Virus record (IMG/VR): IMGVR_UViG_3300028586_000021 | Coordinates: 55,697-75,696 of that record | Reading direction: 5' to 3' (one strand) | DNA length: 20,000 nucleotides | From: an uncultured virus (IMG/VR IMGVR_UViG_3300028586_000021) | Taxonomy: Duplodnaviria > Heunggongvirae > Uroviricota > Caudoviricetes | Shown: one piece after another, positions 16,670 through 20,000 of the stretch | Layout of the letters: the number at the start of each line of letters is the position of its first letter | Numbering within the stretch: position 1 is the first letter of the stretch | The notes under the pieces: generated by a model | Seen by the model: only the letters and a program-made list of their open reading frames with translations | Databases searched by the model: none | What the model was told of the DNA's origin: nothing | Program-made: the position numbers and the translations under genes

Positions 16670-19600
16670 ATGTCAGACTACACCAAAAAATTCACCGACC
16701 TCGTAAGTTACATCCCACAACGTTACCGCACCGTTGCTGGTACTTCGATCCTTAGAAACTTGCACAACAAGTTCCTTACCAAGGAAGAGTCCGCAAAGGT
16801 CCTCGGGTATGTTGGCGACGCGGTGGCTCATGACACCTCACCATACGTTCCAGCAGCAGACCTCGATCGCCAGATCAACTCGCTAGTGCCATCGGTCTAC
16901 ACTAAGCTCGGCGCCGAAGAACACATCTTCACCTTCAACGACGTATTGAAGAAACTAGAAATGCTAGGTGTCGACATCGACAACTTCGCAGAATGGGGCG
17001 CAGCTGTTGGCTTCAACTTTGTACCACCAATCAACCTAGACAAGTTCACAAACTACTCTCGCTACCGTTGGTACGGCCACCTACTTGGCGCAGACGCCCC
17101 ATCGTACAACCCAACCATGGCGCCAGAATACTATGTGATCGGTCCAGGTGGTAGCTCAGACTGGGCAAAGCACAACTACTGGGTTCATGAAGAAGATGTA
17201 GCTGAACTGGCTATGGGCATCGGCGCGAACTTCACCATCGACACTACTATCCAAGCAGTGCGCCCAATCATCGAATATGATGTTCGTCTAGAATCAAGCA
17301 TGGTTCTACGAATCGCTGACGGCCGCCCAGGCGACGAAGGCGAAGAGATTGTTCAGGCCAAGACTAGCTTTAACCAGAAGCCTCTGTTCAACCTATACCT
17401 TCACACCGGCAAGCACTCAGGCTTCGTCAGCCCAATCTTCTACTATGCGGAAGGTAATGACTACGCAGTCGACACTGCACTGAAGGCACGTATCGTCAAG
17501 GACGCGTACGGCGACTTTACATTCGAACAAGGCTTGATCAGCAAGGACGGCAAGCGCATCCTATTCTACAAACTAGGCGATGAACTACAATCGATCTGGA
17601 AGAAGGGTCCAGCTGAAGCTCCTACCTACGTGACCGACGAGGACGGCGCCAGGGTGTGGAAGCATCCGAAGCAGATGTTTCATAACGTCACCCACGAGAA
17701 CCGTAAGCAGGTTGGCTATGGCGACCTCCTAGGCCACTTCACTGACATTATCAAGAACCAACCTGAATTCGAAGGCAATCCATTCGGTGTGAATAACTTC
17801 CGCAACATTGATTCCTACGACCTAGGTCTTGGCGGCCGCATCAAGGATTACAACACCAACTTTGGTCTATTCCTTGGACTCGCAAATCAACTTGATGTAT
17901 CTGTGCCAAGCATTATCGAATTCGGTAAGCTTCAATACGCACAGTTGCTAAACTCAATCAACGAGTTTGTGACTCGCAACGTTGCGGACTTCATCGTTGA
18001 TGGAAAGGTGGTTGCTCCAAGCACGATGCTATCAAACGACGAAGATGAATCGCTTGCACCGCTTTACAAAGAATTCCTAGCTTCAGTTGCTTCACGTAAC
18101 GATGCGTCAGTCTTCAGCGATACAACCTCGAGTATCGTCGGTTGGGTCGCGACTATTCCTTACCTGGGTCTAGGCAAAGCATATCAGCCAAGCATCTACT
18201 TCGATCAAAGCATCGGCGCATTGATGCTTCAGCATCATGACGGACACCTATCCGCGGTTGACGTAACAAACGTGGCGACTGAGAAGAACATCGCCAATAT
18301 GGTATTCAAGCGTTCTGATGGCTCCTCTACTCCAGGCGTTATCGGATACTTGCCACCAGCTCGCCCATACAAGAATCAATTCTGGTATGACGCAAACACC
18401 AATGAACTAAAGTACTTCGCTGTTAAGTCAGACACTGGTCCAGTATTCCCGGCTTCAGTTGGTGATACGTTCTATGTGCGCGCTCAAAACAAGCTATTCG
18501 CATTTGACGGCGAAGGCTGGATCGAGCAAGGCGACATTTCGCAAGCATGGGCTGTTCTGAACATTGGCGTCGTTGCATCCCAAATCACGTTGATGATCGA
18601 GAATCAGCTATACCAAGATTGCCCATTCAATACTTCGAAGATCGACATCGACTCGACGTTTGCGCAAAACACTGATCAGGCGGCACGCTTACTTGAAGAG
18701 CAACTTGCGGTCTATGCTGCGAAGAATAGTCTGGACCTCTACACTGGCGACTACAATCCAACCGATGCATTCACTTGGAACTACAAGGCTGTTGCGATCG
18801 ATGGCGTGTCGTATGCTCGTTGGTTCGATATGTACAAGGCGTATTTCGGTACTCCGCGCCCTAACCTAGAGCCATGGGTTCTACTTGGCCACGACGCGAT
18901 GCCGGATGGTTGGGCTGAAATGTACATGGCTACTGACGGTACTCGCATGTGGAACACTCAGATGTGGGCCGATATTAAGGCTGCATGGGCGAAGCCATTG
19001 GGTGTGGACATTCATACTGATCGTCTACTGCCACCATACGTTTCAGCATCTGACGAGAATGCGGCTGAAGCTTTGATCAACGTGATCCCAAGCGGTATCG
19101 CGGACGCGTACTCATTTGGTGACAACGGTCCTACCGAATTCACATGGCGCAATTCTATCGACTATCGCTATGACGCATTGAAGGTTGGCTTCTTGATTGA
19201 CCCGATTCGCTTCGTGAATTCTGCGTGGGGTCAAAACACGGTGACCATTGGCGATTACACCATCGACCGTCACGAGCACCGAGTGTTGAGCCACCACGAG
19301 CTTCTTCTCCATGGTGAAGCACCGACTCCAAAATTCAATGGCTACGACATCTCTAAGAAGTCGTTTAACTCGACCGACGATAAAGTCTGGACACTGACCT
19401 GTGTCGGCAATGGGGCACACGGAAGTATCTTCACTGTTAAGGGCGATTTCTCAGGCGTCGTAACCAAAAACTATGTTGTGAACACCGAGTTCATTTCAGC
19501 GCAGATTCGTTTCGTCCTAAATGACAACGGCTCCGACTTCAACATCGGCGACAAGATCGTGCTATCAACCGATGGCACTGATAAGTTTGTAGCTTCGCCA

Positions 19601-20000
19601 TACAGCAAGTTCAATGGCCTGAACCAATGGTTCGTGAACCTAAATCGTTACAACTCGGTTGACATGAGCGTTGCTCTTGCGAACAATCTACTACGTGACT
19701 GGGACTTGAAGCTAGGTTACAGAATGTCCGGTCTCGTGAATACCGAATTGCTATCGATTCGCACCGACCAGTTCCAAATGAGCGATAACGATTACAGTGT
19801 TATCATCAAGGAGAACAAGGGCATTTCGAACCACTGGCTAAACGCTATTCGTGTGCAGTTGATCCGCGTCGGTACCACCCAAATGGTGAATGGCCGTAAT
19901 GTCCCACGCAACAAGGGTGCAGACTGGGTGTTCCGTATTGAGACCTTCAATACCAACAACCCAACCATCGAGTACTACGAGTACGACAAGGAAGGCCGCT
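16670..20000 (+). CDS. Giant virion structural protein (baseplate/fibre-associated), 3'-truncated; absent from the ORF track
   Basis: ATG 16670 opens MSDYTKKFTDLVSYIPQRYRT. The segments I translated (16670-~17580, 19321-~19580 and the window end, ...YDKEGR) are in one frame with no stop, giving about 1110 codons. Motifs PPINLDKFTNYSRYRWY and QAVRPIIEY are as I recall them from large-myophage structural proteins. Confidence 0.85.
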   Translation, partial: MSDYTKKFTDLVSYIPQRYRTVAGTSILRNLHNKFLTKEESAKVLGYVGDAVAHDTSPYVPAADLDRQINSLVPSVYTKLGAEEHIFTFNDVLKKLEMLGVDIDNFAEWGAAVGFNFVPPINLDKFTNYSRYRWYGHLLGADAPSYNPTMAPEYYVIGPGGSSDWAKHNYWVHEEDVAELAMGIGANFTIDTTIQAVRPIIEYDVRLESSMVLRIADGRPGDEGEEIVQAKTSFNQKPLFNLYLHTGKHSGFVSPIFYYAEGNDYAVDTALKARIVKDAYGDFTFEQGLISKDGKRILFYKLGDELQSIWKKGPAEAPTYVTDEDGARVWKHPKQMFHNVTHENRKQVGYGDLLGHFTDIIKNQPEFEGNPFGVNNFRNIDSYDLGLGGRIKDYNTNFGLFLGLANQLDVSVPSIIEFGKLQYAQLLNSINEFVTRNVADFIVDGKVVAPSTMLSNDEDESLAPLYKEFLASVASRNDASVFSDTTSSIVGWVATIPYLGLGKAYQPSIYFDQSIGALMLQHHDGHLSAVDVTNVATEKNIANMVFKRSDGSSTPGVIGYLPPARPYKNQFWYDANTNELKYFAVKSDTGPVFPASVGDTFYVRAQNKLFAFDGEGWIEQGDISQAWAVLNIGVVASQITLMIENQLYQDCPFNTSKIDIDSTFAQNTDQAARLLEEQLAVYAAKNSLDLYTGDYNPTDAFTWNYKAVAIDGVSYARWFDMYKAYFGTPRPNLEPWVLLGHDAMPDGWAEMYMATDGTRMWNTQMWADIKAAWAKPLGVDIHTDRLLPPYVSASDENAAEALINVIPSGIADAYSFGDNGPTEFTWRNSIDYRYDALKVGFLIDPIRFVNSAWGQNTVTIGDYTIDRHEHRVLSHHELLLHGEAPTPKFNGYDISKKSFNSTDDKVWTLTCVGNGAHGSIFTVKGDFSGVVTKNYVVNTEFISAQIRFVLNDNGSDFNIGDKIVLSTDGTDKFVASPYSKFNGLNQWFVNLNRYNSVDMSVALANNLLRDWDLKLGYRMSGLVNTELLSIRTDQFQMSDNDYSVIIKENKGISNHWLNAIRVQLIRVGTTQMVNGRNVPRNKGADWVFRIETFNTNNPTIEYYEYDKEGR

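Noticed and set aside
16095..16755. Alternative ORFs 16095..16313, 16132..16440, 16304..16552 and 16570..16755
   Set aside because: They are shadows of the 16548..16174 gene or of the giant ORF, and some cross the terminator or promoter region.
3..20000. Stop-codon reassignment, as seen in some large phages
   Set aside because: All recognisable genes are intact under the standard code. The gene ends I checked are TAA, so there is no positive evidence for recoding.

Overview
This window comes from a large T4-like (probably jumbo) myophage genome. From left to right it holds: the 3' part of a gp26-like baseplate hub/assembly gene, followed by a gp51-like frame with no good start that is reachable by a -1 slip on a tandem slippery site; a ~750-nt non-coding region almost tiled with stem-loops, which is the best candidate for an undescribed element (large ncRNA or ssDNA origin-type structure); a minus-strand cluster (gp55 late sigma factor, gp47/gp46 nuclease-ATPase, an Acb1/gp57B-like 2H phosphoesterase, a Hjc-like resolvase, a small basic protein); and a plus-strand late baseplate module (HxGH nucleotidyltransferase, tube initiator, gp53-like, hub, gp5-like spike, gp25, enlarged gp6). 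After that come a small reverse-strand late gene and the first ~1110 codons of a giant virion protein missing from the ORF track. T4-type late promoter octamers (NATAAATA) mark the gene boundaries. One pair forms a palindromic bidirectional element, and one sits in a 19-bp hairpin that buries the hub gene's start codon. All family calls come from motif recognition by eye; no searches were run.
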